A program made the position numbers and the translations under genes. From Selaginella moellendorffii (taxonomy: Eukaryota > Plantae > Lycopodiophyta), in assembly GCF_000143415.4 (NCBI RefSeq), contig NW_003314337.1, positions 340,354-371,895 on the forward strand: a stretch of 31,542 bases of DNA, in the 5' to 3' direction. Positions 1-13,031 of the stretch are shown here, one piece after another. A model generated the notes under the pieces. It made no database searches. It was not told where the DNA came from and saw only the letters and a program-made list of their open reading frames with translations. How positions within the stretch are numbered: the stretch's first letter is position 1; each line of letters opens with the position of its first letter.

Positions 1-783
1 TTGCCACCAGTTTCACCATCTATGCTTGGGTTACTACAAGCAAAAGCTTTGTTAGCTTCTTCTCAGAGATGAAAGAAAAACTCAAGCTACCTTCTGCAGT
101 TGCATAGAGAAAAAGGACAAAGCACATGTCATACAAATGGTAGATAGCTTAAAAAAATAAAAAGTTAGAATTTATGCTCCCAATGATAAATTAAATGACG
201 ATATTAAAAACTTTCAAAATAACCTTAATAAATTCAAATAATACAGATTTTTAATTATTGATAATATAGCTGCTGAATAGTTATATTACTATTACAGTAA
301 TATTAATGACATGCTTTCGAAATTGGGATTAGAGCAGTAACAAAACAAAATGGAATTTTGTCATGCATGATGACATTTTAACAATTTTATGACAATACAG
401 GTTTACTTCGTCTTTTAAGCAAAGAAACTCTAATATATCATTCACCACTATAGTGTTCAGAAAATACTCATAATGTCACTATTAATAACTAATTCTTAGT
501 CTTCAAGATTAGCATGTTAAATATAATATAAATCCCAGCTGAAATTATGTTTCTCTTTTATAATTTACCTTAAAAATAGATTTTATATTTTATCTAGATA
601 ATGGTATTCTATAGTATTAATAAAGCGAAAAATTTCTTACAACTAGAAGAAAGCAGTAGTTCTTGCAATATAGAATTTCCTTTTAATTATTCATGGATAT
701 AGTAGTATATTAGATTAAATTTTAGAATTTTTAGTATTATGTTCTTTGATATCTAGGTTTCAAAAATATAATTTCTTATAAAG

Positions 784-1545
784 GAGAATCATAAAGTAGA
801 GTTGATAAGATGTGAAAAAAACAGTTTACTCATAAATGATAAGATTGATAAAAAAAATTATATTTTCTGGAAATGCAAATACAAAACAATTAACTTTATG
901 TATATTATTATATTCACAATATTAATATATTTTCATAAAAACAATATCATATATAAAGTATATTAATATTATTATGTACACGGTCATGTGTTAATCTATG
1001 TTTTTAATAAATAACTTAATATTTTTATAATTTAATTATGTTTACAATCGATGTTCCACATGATCTCATTTCCTGAAAGTTTTCCATGCTTAAAAACAGT
1101 TATATAGAGAACTTTCAAAAGTAATTTGATCTTATTGATAATATTATTGATATATATTGATAATCTTATTGATAATACAAGAGAATCATCAAGTAGAGTC
1201 AATAAAGTGAAAATAATAACCCTTTAATTACAAATGATAAGTTTGATAAAAAAGTATATTTTTTAAAAATGCAAATACAAAAGAAATCAACCTTATGTAT
1301 ATAATATGTCCATAATGATATTATATTATTATAAATTTATTATCATAAATAAAATATGATAATACTATTATGTATATAATAATGTTCTACATCTATGTTT
1401 TTAAATAATAAGTTAATAATATAAAATGTAATTATGTTTATAATTGGTGTTCAGTTTTCATAATATTTTAGACTCATATGATCTCATTGCTTGAAAGTTT
1501 TTCATGCTTAAAAAAAGTTATATGAGAACTTTTATAAGCAGTTTT
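784..1545. repeat. Diverged AT-rich tandem duplication, two ~350-400 bp units (~784-1130 and ~1181-1545)
   Basis: Colinear shared blocks: gagaatcat..aagtagagt (784/1181), aaatgcaaatacaaaa (871/1267), and tgatctcatt.c.tgaaagtttt.catgcttaaaaa.agttata (1061/1479). Confidence 0.8.
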
Positions 1546-2124
1546 ATGTTTTTCATACACTTATTTATACATATTAAATACTTTTATACATTTATACATT
1601 ATATTTAATGTGAAAATTATGGTATGATATGCACTGGTTGATGTAACCATAAATAATTCACTAACTCTCATTTTCTTCAGTGAAAATCTTTAATATTGAC
1701 AGGGATTCATGGATTTGTATTGCAATTTATTTTTCTTTCATGTGCATTAATTTAAAAAGTTAAAAAATATACCTTTTGCAATTACTCTTTTGAAGAGTTA
1801 TTTATCATAATAAGGTAAAACTTTTGGCATTTGAAAGATGAGGAAATAAAGGAAAAAGAAATAAGAAAACTAAATAGCTAGGTAAAACTGAAAGTAATGA
1901 CATCTAATTATGATGAGTATGTAATTGTGTATTAAAATTTCATTATATTATTTAGTGTCAGTAATTTATTATTCAGATTCACTAACTAATTTTAATGACA
2001 CTTCAAGAATTAACAAACTCCAGCTCTACAATTTCCATTTCTTTGTGTACATTAAGTTCACTACTTTTTTGTTAGTTACTGTGACAAACTTTGGACATTC
2101 ATTTTTGATAGATAGCAATGGGTT

Positions 2125-2982
2125 NNNNNNNNNNNNNNNNNNNNNNNNNNNNNNNNNNNNNNNNNNNNNNNNNNNNNNNNNNNNNNNNNNNNNNNNNNNN
2201 NNNNNNNNNNNNNNNNNNNNNNNNNNNNNNNNNNNNNNNNNNNNNNNNNNNNNNNNNNNNNNNNNNNNNNNNNNNNNNNNNNNNNNNNNNNNNNNNNNNN
2301 NNNNNNNNNNNNNNNNNNNNNNNNNNNNNNNNNNNNNNNNNNNNNNNNNNNNNNNNNNNNNNNNNNNNNNNNNNNNNNNNNNNNNNNNNNNNNNNNNNNN
2401 NNNNNNNNNNNNNNNNNNNNNNNNNNNNNNNNNNNNNNNNNNNNNNNNNNNNNNNNNNNNNNNNNNNNNNNNNNNNNNNNNNNNNNNNNNNNNNNNNNNN
2501 NNNNNNNNNNNNNNNNNNNNNNNNNNNNNNNNNNNNNNNNNNNNNNNNNNNNNNNNNNNNNNNNNNNNNNNNNNNNNNNNNNNNNNNNNNNNNNNNNNNN
2601 NNNNNNNNNNNNNNNNNNNNNNNNNNNNNNNNNNNNNNNNNNNNNNNNNNNNNNNNNNNNNNNNNNNNNNNNNNNNNNNNNNNNNNNNNNNNNNNNNNNN
2701 NNNNNNNNNNNNNNNNNNNNNNNNNNNNNNNNNNNNNNNNNNNNNNNNNNNNNNNNNNNNNNNNNNNNNNNNNNNNNNNNNNNNNNNNNNNNNNNNNNNN
2801 NNNNNNNNNNNNNNNNNNNNNNNNNNNNNNNNNNNNNNNNNNNNNNNNNNNNNNNNNNNNNNNNNNNNNNNNNNNNNNNNNNNNNNNNNNNNNNNNNNNN
2901 NNNNNNNNNNNNNNNNNNNNNNNNNNNNNNNNNNNNNNNNNNNNNNNNNNNNNNNNNNNNNNNNNNNNNNNNNNNNNNNNNN
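2125..2982. other. Assembly gap (858 N)
   Basis: Run of n. Confidence 1.
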
Positions 2983-4781
2983 AGGGGAAGATAGGATCTT
3001 TATTTAATTATCATTAAATTTGAATTTGATTTTTTTTACATTTATATAATAATAACATAATCTAACATAGAAAATAAATCATTGTATATATATTGGAGAC
3101 AACAATAAAACTCATGTAAAGCTGCTGGTAGATTACAGTAATATTATGAGCAAGAAGACTAATTGAAAATATAAAAGGGTTTGTTATTTTTGAGATATTA
3201 TTAAAAAATGAATTTGATATTTTTATGTGTATGAGATCACTTATACCATATTAGTTAGCATGTCATAAATGAGACATGAATACATAAATTTTATCATAAA
3301 GCATTAGTACAGATTTTTCTTAATGCAAACATTATATCTCTCATATAATTATTATCTTTGGATGTACCTCTTTTCACACCGCTAATTTAGTGTGAATATC
3401 TAGATAGATTTACTTATGTCTATTTTTAAATGTAAAACCAGACACATAATAAATATTCTATTATACTTTAGAAAACTATGAAAGTTAGAGGCATCATTAG
3501 AGTTGAGATAAAATAAATTTAGCTCAGTATGCAATTAAAATTAAAATTTCTCCAAACTAACTTATTATTTTTTGGTAGTCTATAATTCTTCAGTTTTGTG
3601 AACTCAATTACTTTTAAAGCATGGCAGAAATCTTGTTTATGTTTTTAGGGTTTTGTACCTTTCAAAAAATATTCAAATTCAAATTGAATGATGATTAAAA
3701 ATGACCTTATTTTCCCCAACACCTTGAATACAATCAAAATTTCTAACATTGTAAAATTAGAAAAGAAGATCTATTTATCTTGGGTATGCTATATCTCCCA
3801 GCAGAGCTGGGATCTCTGCTAGTATCCTATAATAGAATTCCTTAAAAGAAATATTTCAAATCAATTAAACTAATAAGGTTTCAACTACTTGTACTTCTTA
3901 AGGTGTGCTCCATTACTATATTAGCTTGTGTAGAAGGTGTTAGAGCACTTTTGACATGAAAAAACTTTAAACAAACAAGAAAAAAATAGTGTTATCTTAT
4001 GGAGTATGATGGTCTTGCATACCAATTTCTTATATACATTATAATGATGAAGTTTAAGATAACCATGTCTATTATATAATAGACTAGAGCTTTTATATAG
4101 TGCTCATGGATGCAAGTGCTTTAGTAGAAGCTCTTAACTAAGCTTTAGTAGCTAAAAACATTGTGTGATTCTTATTGAAATTATTCTAATTTTTTACTCA
4201 AGAGTTGCATATGTGGAGAGTGCTCTCTAAGGACTTTATTATAATTATCAAGTAAGATACTGAAAAGTAATGCCAAAAGTCCAAGTACAACCCATCAAAT
4301 TATTTGGAGTGAGAGAAAGCTAAAACCCTAGAGTTGCACACCTAGAGCATGTGTCTCAAAGTGAAGATGAACTAGATTCATGTGATAATCCTCTTTCAAA
4401 TTTATTCATGCATGGTAAATATATTTTATATTAGATTACTAACTAAGAATATATCTGGATATTCCAGATATATTCGTTACACTCCTATAGGTTTTCTAAA
4501 ATAAAAAAATTGAAAAATTAAAAAATAATTAAGAATGAGAAAATCCAACACCCGTCTTATGAATTATGAAGAAATCAATTTTGCACTAAGTTTCTCTTTC
4601 TAGGTGTTTAATATAGCTAGTAACAGACTTCTTGAAACAATTATCTTGTCTATGGAGTAAGATACTATGATTATATGTAAAATTACAAAGTGGCTACTGC
4701 TTGCAGGTGGAACTTATAACTCACTTGTTGTCCTTCCATTCAAACTTGTTAGAGACTTGTGTTACAAGAGAAAAAAGATGA

Positions 4782-4956
<175 letters not shown>

Positions 4957-6359
4957 AGTGTGGTGTGGCCAAAAAATTTCATAAGTATGAAAGCCTATGA
5001 ACAAAAGAAGTTAATAGAGGCATCTTATGGAGGTAGGCTTGTGGCAAAGGTCTCAACCCCATGTATAAGAATATGTTTATGGAGAAGAAGTCATTTAGAT
5101 CATCAAGAAGAAGCTAGATCTTCCAAGATTGGCATAAAGATTGATCTCTTTTGTTCATAGGCTTTTCATACTTAATGAAATTTTTTCCTCTTTGCCATAT
5201 CAGTTTTTCTCTTGCCACATAAGCATCTATGTTGCAAACTAGAATGAGTTTTATCTAGAGGCCCCCGCACAAGGCAATAGAGAATCTTTGTATTTCTTCA
5301 AGGAACCTTGTAGTTATTTCTGACTTTTTAAATATAAACTTTAGCAAAAAAAGGCCATAAATTGATGATTTCACTTCCTAAATGTTAATGATGCCATATG
5401 CCAACTTAAACAAGTTGAGATTGTTATGGAAATCAAATTCCACCTACAAAAAAAATTTTGAACTGAAAAGAGAAGTATTAAAAGCATGATAAACCTTAAC
5501 TTTTTAACATTGAATAAAATCTCAATTCCACACATATAGTACATCAAGAAGAAAAGTCCAAAAATATTGATGTTACTGAGCCTCTTACTTAGTCCAATGG
5601 ATTGAATTTTTTGTTATTTTCTTGAATCCACATTTCTAGGATTTTGGAAGAAAAAAACAAAAAACTCAATTGATCCTAAACAAGAAGAGAAGTCTATACT
5701 AAAACTTATTACTTTGATCATTAGGATTTACATCTCATTTCTTCTCAAAACTTATAAGAGACAAATAAAAAATTTGATTAATAAATTTATAGGATCTAAG
5801 AAGAAAAAAAGAGTTGAAAGAGAGGAGAAGGTGAGGGAGTGTAACACATTGTGGTTTTCACCTTTTATCTTATGGTGATTTATCATAGAATAACCATGAA
5901 GTGAAATTTAAACCCTTTATATACTATATGTCACATATCACATACCATATGCCATATGTCCTAAGGATAGTGGTGTAGAGTTTCAAGGCCTTGAGCCACT
6001 AAATGAAGGAATGAAGCCAACTTCTAAGCATGGAGCCAAGGAGTAATGGAATAGGAGCATGGAGTGACTCCCAAGTGTTCAGCCTAAGGAGTGAAGGGAC
6101 AAAAGCACATAGTGACTTGAAATAGACCTAAAGTATCCAGTGTCCCAATGCCAAAACCAACACACAAAATGGAGCCAAACGGAGTCTAGCATTATTTCAA
6201 TATACTGGTGGCTTAACGCAAAGATATGAGTACTCCACTAACATAGTATGGAATTTGGGTTTAAACTCAAGCCAAATGCAAAACAAAGATAGGCACACAA
6301 GCGGGAGCTAGATTATGCCTCAGGTTGGTCGGGCATGCCAGACCTACCCACTATCCTTA

Positions 6360-7812
6360 TGTAAGCAACTAAATTTTCCATTTTACTTTAATCACTTAAC
6401 CACACTTCTAACCACTTGGAAGAGTTTCATTCACAACCTCTATAAGTCCTATTCCAAACTTGGGGCTTGCTAACCCCGAGAATGGCATCTATGCCATTTA
6501 ACCTTTGCACTTGGTCCTAGTGCTCCACGTGTTCGATCCCATAACCAACACCCAAAGGTACCATCAACATATCAGCCTGTTATACTAAGGCCATGCTCAT
6601 TCACATTTGTCACACTGGTGATCCAACACCACCTACATCATAGTCCCGTCTTTAAAAAATTGGGCCATCCATCCATGAGTGATCATCCTAGATCCACCCC
6701 TTAGCATCTTTAGGATGCCCACAAACATAGGGAACAACTTTCCTCAATATCCCTTTTTCGGTCCCTACTAAGTCCCTTTCTATCCATGGCTATGTTTGCT
6801 AACACTGCCACTAAGTCAAGGTGCATAGGCCAAACCACTAAGTCCCACTGTCCTCTGGAATTTCCTCACCATATGATTGTATCCTTGGTCACTACACTAG
6901 AGGAGTGCTCCTCTTCCTTTTTACAGTCTGCAGCCATGGGGCTAGAGTGAGGCTCTGTTGAGCCACACCAAGGTATCTAAGTAGTAGTGCCACCCACGTT
7001 TGGACTAGGAGCATCGACCATTCAATCTCCCGGGGGAACTAGAGTTGGCTCTTGAACACTTCATCAAATTACAAGAAGGTTATGCCCACATGTTGGGTGA
7101 TAATATATCCATTGAGGAGTCTAAAGTTAGAGTGAATATAGACAAACAAATGGGGGGTCACACTAGCCTTTTCTAGCCAAACTGGCTCCACAAATGTCTA
7201 ACCCCCCCACACTCTCCTTACTATATTTTTGGAACCCCCTACAACCCCCCCTTCCCCCCCCCCCCCCCCCTCCCCCCTTCGGGGGGATGATCGCTTTGGG
7301 CTTTCACCCAACCCAACAACCTATATTAGTAATATTTGGACTCAGACTTGGACTTAGATTCTGACTCGTTCTTAGTCTCAATTGGTCTTAGTTCCACCTC
7401 AGACTCCATCTCGGACTCCATCTCGGGTCCATCTCAAACTCCATTTTAGACTCCATCTCAAGTCCATCTCAGACTCCATCTCGGGGTCCATCTTAGACTC
7501 CATCTTAGACTCCATCTCGAACTTTATCTTAGGTCCATTTTGGACTCCATCTCAGATTTATCTCGGGCTCCATCTTGGACTCTTTTATGTGTCATGTGTT
7601 GGTCTTGTTGTGTCCCTTTTCTAGAAACTCATTTATTGCTCACTTTATACTCATTCCTTCAGCACTTTGTTGAGAATTCCACTTCCGCTCTTGACCTTTC
7701 AAGTCAGAGCTTTTAATCCTAACGTATTACACTTGTTTGGCTTCCACTTCGGCCACTACCATGTGGCACCCTTTTGGCTCCACTTTTGGGGCTCTAGGAT
7801 TTGTGTTTCACA
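6360..7812 (-). mobile_element. Solo LTR, family A (older, diverged copy)
   Basis: Reverse complement of the family A LTR, with termini tgtaagcaac...gtttcaca. TSD cctta (6355-6359) / cccta (7813-7817). The empty site atccttactata is visible in the partner B LTR at ~27944. Confidence 0.9.
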
Positions 7813-7990
7813 CCCTACTATACATTTGGAACCCCCCCTTGAGGAATACATACTTTGGGCTTTCACCCTTAGCCACCCTTAATACCAGGAGTTAGTCTCT
7901 AGGGCAAGCTTGAAACTTACTAAATATGAAATATCCCTAGATTGTGAATTTAGACACTAGAGGAACACTATTGTGTTTAGGATAATTTCT

Positions 7991-8171
7991 ACACTTTCCA
8001 TAAATAGCATTTAGGACTGGAATAAGACTTATACAAAAGATATGATAGTGAGGGTGTTTAGCAAATTCCATAGATATGCCAAATGAGCAAATTTAGACAC
8101 TTTCCATAAATAGCATTTAGGACTGGAATAAGACTTATACAAAAGATATGATAGTGAGGGTGTTTAGCAAA
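7991..8171 (+). repeat. Identical 75-bp direct repeat (7991-8065, 8097-8171)
   Basis: acactttccataaatagc...gggtgtttagcaaa occurs twice with a 31-bp spacer. The partner LTR has a single copy (~28191-28265). Confidence 0.95.
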
Positions 8172-8699
8172 AACAGTAAGGTATCATTCAATGTTATTGA
8201 GGAACTAATCTCAATATACAAGGGTTTTTGTCAAGCTAGTGCAAGACAAAGCAAAAGAGAACTAAAAACTAATAAACTAGGCTTAGCACCTGTACTTAGC
8301 CAAATAAATATAAGGTAGAAACTTCCTATATGTTTTTAGCTAAGCATATTTGGCTTGGAACACTTGAACAAGAGGGGCTGGTAAAAGGAATCAGCAATAC
8401 CAACCTTTTGCTGTCATGGTAGTAAGGAGTGGTAATGCAAAAAGCCAAAAGCCATCAAAGAAAACAATTAACCATCATGAAAGATTATTAATCATTCTAT
8501 CAAAAGAGAGATGCATAATCATCGTCGAAGAAGAAACCTACCATCTTGAAGAATGACAAATCATTCTTATAACAACAATAATCAAGCAAAACCTTTTGAC
8601 AAGGATAATCAACTATTCTAGATGATAGTTAATCATCACTAATGATTGCTAGATGCAAATGCTAACTTCAGCATCGAAGCTAATGAGCCAGAATGCCTT

Positions 8700-9060
8700 C
8701 CCCAACAACTTCTAACAAATGGAAAAATGAGTATAAAACTCAAAGAACTAAAAACTTGAAGAAGCCTATAACCAAGTTTTGCTTGATAATAATCACAAGT
8801 CTTAGATGAACTAACTTTAATGGTAAAGAAGAAATCATAGTATAACCCATAATATCCTCTTTAACATATCCATAAGCTAAACTTCATAATGCCAAAGCTA
8901 ATAAAGAGCATTTCTGCATCAATCCAAAATTTAAGCATAACAAAGCTATGCTTAACAAGTGATCACTAAATCAATCCTTCATAAATCCATCTTTTATAGC
9001 AAAATGTAATTCACTTTATAATAAGCACAAGAATCATCAATAATCAATATATCCCTAACT
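8700..9060 (-). pseudogene. Highly decayed copia-type reverse transcriptase relic
   Basis: Frameshifted fragments resemble RLVAKGF..GID and FLYGDLKEEIYM. LAYGYVKEDIM reads on the minus strand at 8848-8880. Confidence 0.35.
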
Positions 9061-9742
9061 CAAATCTAACAAAGGATCAATATCTTCAATATCAACCACT
9101 AACTCACTATCATTAGCATAGTCCACGACTGAATCACTTTTCAAGAAAATGCTCAAAATTTAACCCTGACTAAGCAGTCTCATCTAAAGTATAGCTAACT
9201 CAATTTGCCACTCAGTTCATTTGAATGTCAATATAGCTGCTAATTAACAAATGCACAGATGCCAATAACATAAAGCTATAGCCAAATCATTAACATTATC
9301 TGCATCAAGGCTAATGAAATTTAATATCAATTATATGGAGAGATATTTCATTTCATTTGAATCTCAACATCAACAATATTAACGACAAGGCATCACTTCA
9401 ATGCCATCAACACTATAACAAAGCTAATAGAAAGCAAGAATGAATCATCATTCAAAACTCTCTAGCAACCAATTTAACCAAAGTTGAAAATACTATACTT
9501 AGTATTTGAGATTATTTCTTCAACAATACTCAACTATAGATAACACATCATCAATGAGTGAATCACCACATTTAAGATTTAATGTAATCCAACATCACAG
9601 ATTAAACGCAACCAAATGATATTGACAAACATGGAATTGATATGCTAACATAGAAAAACCATGTAAGTGTAACAACATGATCCGCCACACCATCCAATAA
9701 AACAAGCTCATCATTGATAAATTTTTATTGAGTGAAGCAAGT

Positions 9743-10791
9743 TGTAAGGAACCAACTCCCTGAGGTGTCGTAGGCTAAAGGATCCCCGAAAGTATGACCG
9801 AAATGACAAAGAGTTCATCAGATGGGACCGAGTCGAAGATCGAGTCCAAGACCGACTCTGAGACCGAGTTCAAGATAGAGTCCGGGATCGAGTTTGAGGC
9901 CGAATCGGAGACCGAGTTCGAGACCGAGTTTGAGACAAAGTCCGAGATCCGAATCGGACCCAAGACCGAGTCTGAGGTCGAGTCCGAAGTCGAGTCTGAG
10001 ATTGGGTCCGAGATCAAGTATGAGATCGAGTCCGAAACCAAATCCGAAGTCAGGTCCGAGATCAAGTCCGAGTCCGAGGCCGAGGGATAATGAGGTCCAA
10101 GAACCAGTCTTGAAGGAACTCTCCAGTGGTGCTTCCAAATTGACTTGAGGTTGAGACTGGGGCCGAGGGGCCTTGGGTGGGAGTGAGCATGGACTCGGGT
10201 GGTGCTGGAGGGGCCACCCAAGGAAGTGCTCAAGAGCAACTCCCACTCCCAAAGGGAAACCAATTGCGGTGCTCCCGGCTTATGTGGAGTGGTACCCCAT
10301 TTGAGTACCTTATGGCTCATTGGTCCTCGCCCTTCCTAGGGGCTTGGGCCTTCCCTTCGGGATGGAAGTGGGGGGCTAGAGGTACCTATACCGGGCCATT
10401 AGGCCACGGTGTTTCTCCCTGGTGTCCCGAAGCAAGTGTTGCACCCAAGGCTTGGGATTTAGAGGGTCCCATGATTAAGTCTTGTTGTACCAAGAGGTGT
10501 TAGGAACTTGGAGGCTTGGTGTGCTTGGCTACTTGTGCCTGTGGAGAGTGTAGCTGAACCTTAAGTCCAGTGTAACCCGGGGAGGGGGATTGGGAGAGAT
10601 TTGGGAATCTGTGGATGGATGGCTAACGTTCCGTTGCTTGTGCAGTGAGTAGTTGAAATCAAGTAAGACAAAGTAGGAGCTGGTACAATAGGCGGGAACC
10701 TTGGCGAGGGAACTTAGCAAAAGCCAAGGCAGTGTTGGTCAGATAGACGAGGTAAGCTGGCAAATTGAAAAGGAAAAATTTGTGACTTACA
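9743..10791 (+). mobile_element. Solo LTR, family C (1049 bp)
   Basis: Termini tgtaag...cttaca form a 6-bp inverted repeat. Perfect TSD caagt (9738-9742, 10792-10796). GC-rich against AT-rich flanks. The 3' end ggaaaaatttgtgacttaca resembles the family A end ggaaaatttagtcgcttaca, which is the basis for the strand call. Confidence 0.9.
9826..10085 (+). repeat. Degenerate hexamer array (CCGAGA/CCGAGT-like) in family C LTR
   Basis: 6-bp periodic gaccgagt/gtccgaga units; source of the ES/ET-rich ORFs. Confidence 0.85.
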
Positions 10792-10799
10792 CAAGTGTT

Positions 10800-13026
10800 A
10801 ACAGTCTTTGATGAAGTCTACAAGAAATCATTAGCTACAAAGCAACTAATAATCACTCTTCAACTTACCTTTACAAGACCTAAACACTAAACTCATATCA
10901 CCAAGTTATATACTTGTTCAACATGAACGTAATACCCTAGATATGAGATATAGGAACATGGACAAGCACAAATTAAATGACCACTTGAATCCAATCAAAT
11001 TACAATAAGTTCACCAACATGTATAGCCAATAGTTCTAAGCATGCCTTGAAGAGGCTAGCTATGCATGATCAACACTTAGTCAAAACTAAGGTGAAGACT
11101 ATGAGATGGACTTATATCATCATACAACTGTGAGACACAAAATCTCTAGGCCCCAAAGTGGAGCCGGAAGGGCGCCATGTGGTAGTGGCCGAAGCAAAAG
11201 CCAAACTAGCGTAACACGTTTGGACTAAAAACTCCGACTTGAAAGGTCGAGAGCGGGAGTGGAACTCCCAACAAAGTGCTCGAGGAATGAGCATGAAGCG
11301 AGCAATAAGCGAGGCTCTAAAAAGGGACCCAAAAGGACCAACACACGACACATGGAAGTGTTCGAGATGGAGACCGAGACTGAAACCGAAACCGAGACCG
11401 AAAGCCCAAAGCGTTCGTCTCCCAGACCCTGGGGGGTTTAATGAGCTCCAAAAGTATAGTAGGGGGAGGACTGCAGTGGAGCTAGTTTTGCCAGGAAAGG
11501 CCAATTTGGCCCAGGAAGGCTATACCCAGTGTTGGGTGATGAACTGCCCACTGGGAAGTCCAAAGCTAGAGTGAATACGGCAACTTGGTGAAGTGTTCAA
11601 GAGCCGGCTCTAGTTCCCTCGGGAGATCGATTGGTCGATGCTCCCAGTCCAAGTGTGGGTGGCACTACCTACTTGGATACCTGGTGTGGCTCAACGGAAC
11701 CTCGCTCTAAGCCCACGGCTAGAGCACCCAAAGGTGGAAGGTAGGGAGAGTACCCATGAGGCTCGCATAAGGCCACAGTGTTCCGAAGTGTTGCCCCAAG
11801 GTCCCAGACTGTGAAAAGGAAGTGGAGCCGTCCTATAGTATAGAGACCAGAGATATAGTCATGTGAAGAGGAAGTCCCAGAGGACCGTGGGACTTAGTGG
11901 TCAGGCTTGTAGGCCTTGATCCAGTGGCAGTGTGGGCGAACACAGCCATGGGCAGAAAAGGACTTGATGGGGACCGAAAAGGGGATATTGGGGAAGGCTA
12001 TCCCCCATGTCTATGGGCATCCTAAGGGTGCCAAGGAGTGGATTTGGGATGATCACTCATGGACGGATGGCCTAGTCTTTGAGAGACAGGACTGTGATGT
12101 AGGTGGTGTTAGACCACCGATGTGACCAAGGTGAATGGGCATGGCCTTAGCGTAACGGGTTGATATATCAGTTGTACCTTGGGGTGTGGGTCATGGGATC
12201 GGACACATGGAGCACTTGGACCAAGTGCAAAAGTTAAGTTGCGGGGATGCCATTCTCGGGGTTAGCAAGCCCAAGTCCAAAATAGAACTTATGGAGGTTG
12301 TGAGTGAGACTCCTCCATGTTTGGAGGTGTGGTTAAGTGACTAAAGTAGAATGGAAGAATTAGTCCCTTACAACAACCTCCTTATAGACAAAGTTATAGT
12401 ACAAGTATTAACATTTTAAACTTAAACAATTAAGTTGGACATCACTATCCTCAGCCCAAATGTAGAGCTACCAAAACCAAATCAAGATCACTAAGAGCTC
12501 ATTATTCTTATAGAGTTTAACAAAATGCAAAGTGCAACCTGGCACCAAGCACAATGCTATAGAAAAAAAGGCATAAAGATCACCTTTCTAGAAAAGTGTA
12601 ACAATCATTTTATTATACTAACTCTAGACTTTATCCAATTTAATTGTTTTAGCCCCAAAAGTTAACATCCCTTTTGGGCCATATCATACAAATTATTTAC
12701 TAAGGTTTAAGTTAATTAAAGTTAACTCTAACCCTTTCACTAGTTTGTATTGGCTTACAAAAACAGAATGTTTTCGAGTAAAATCAACTATTGGAAAAGC
12801 TTAAGAAAATTTATGAAAATTTTCCCATCCTAGAAAACAATGACTCTTAGTCTAGAAATGCAAACTTTCAAAACTCAACCAACTTCTTTTTACTAACAAC
12901 TTCACATAGGTTCACCTCAACACTAATTATCATAACCTAGCAGTATGTCTAAGCATTAAATATCATTGCCTATATATTTGATATCCAACATCGACATCTG
13001 CAAAAATACAAAATGAACATCTAAAA
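10800..13026 (-). pseudogene. Highly decayed copia-type integrase region relic (split by solo LTR 11129-12372)
   Basis: YVHVEQV at ~10911-10931 resembles post-integrase AYVHVP. An FSRK-like fragment lies near 12585-12600. No open frame. Confidence 0.3.
11129..12372 (+). mobile_element. Solo LTR, family A (1244 bp, almost no minisatellite)
   Basis: Termini tgtgagacac...cccttaca. Perfect TSD acaac (11124-11128, 12373-12377). Colinear with 17969-19836 apart from the array. Confidence 0.95.
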
Positions 13027-13031
13027 CTCGA

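Larger units (their letters stand above)
5840..8445 (-). repeat. LTR family B, left copy (interrupted by solo LTR 6360-7812; right end ill-defined)
   Basis: Colinear with 27445-28510 once the insertion and a 75-bp duplication are removed, e.g. cctttta-tc.tatggtgattta.catag.ataaccatgaa and aacaagaggggctg.taaaaggaa. Confidence 0.8.

Noticed and set aside
1-125. Possible minus-strand splice acceptor (ttgtcctttttctctatgcaactgcag) and exon at 1-93
   Set aside because: All three frames hit a stop within the window and no homology was recognised. It could be a terminal or UTR exon but cannot be supported here.
1925-3017. Long ORFs of 360 and 299 aa
   Set aside because: They run through the N gap.
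4743-4766. tgtgttaca as an LTR end, and a 15-nt match to 16561
   Set aside because: No PBS, TSD or extended homology.
5815-5839. Purine tract as PPT of a plus-strand element, with 27445-28807 as a single LTR
   Set aside because: 28572-28807 is an inverted homologue of family B, so the apparent 9-bp terminal repeat comes from two opposite LTRs. The internal relics favour a minus-strand B element.
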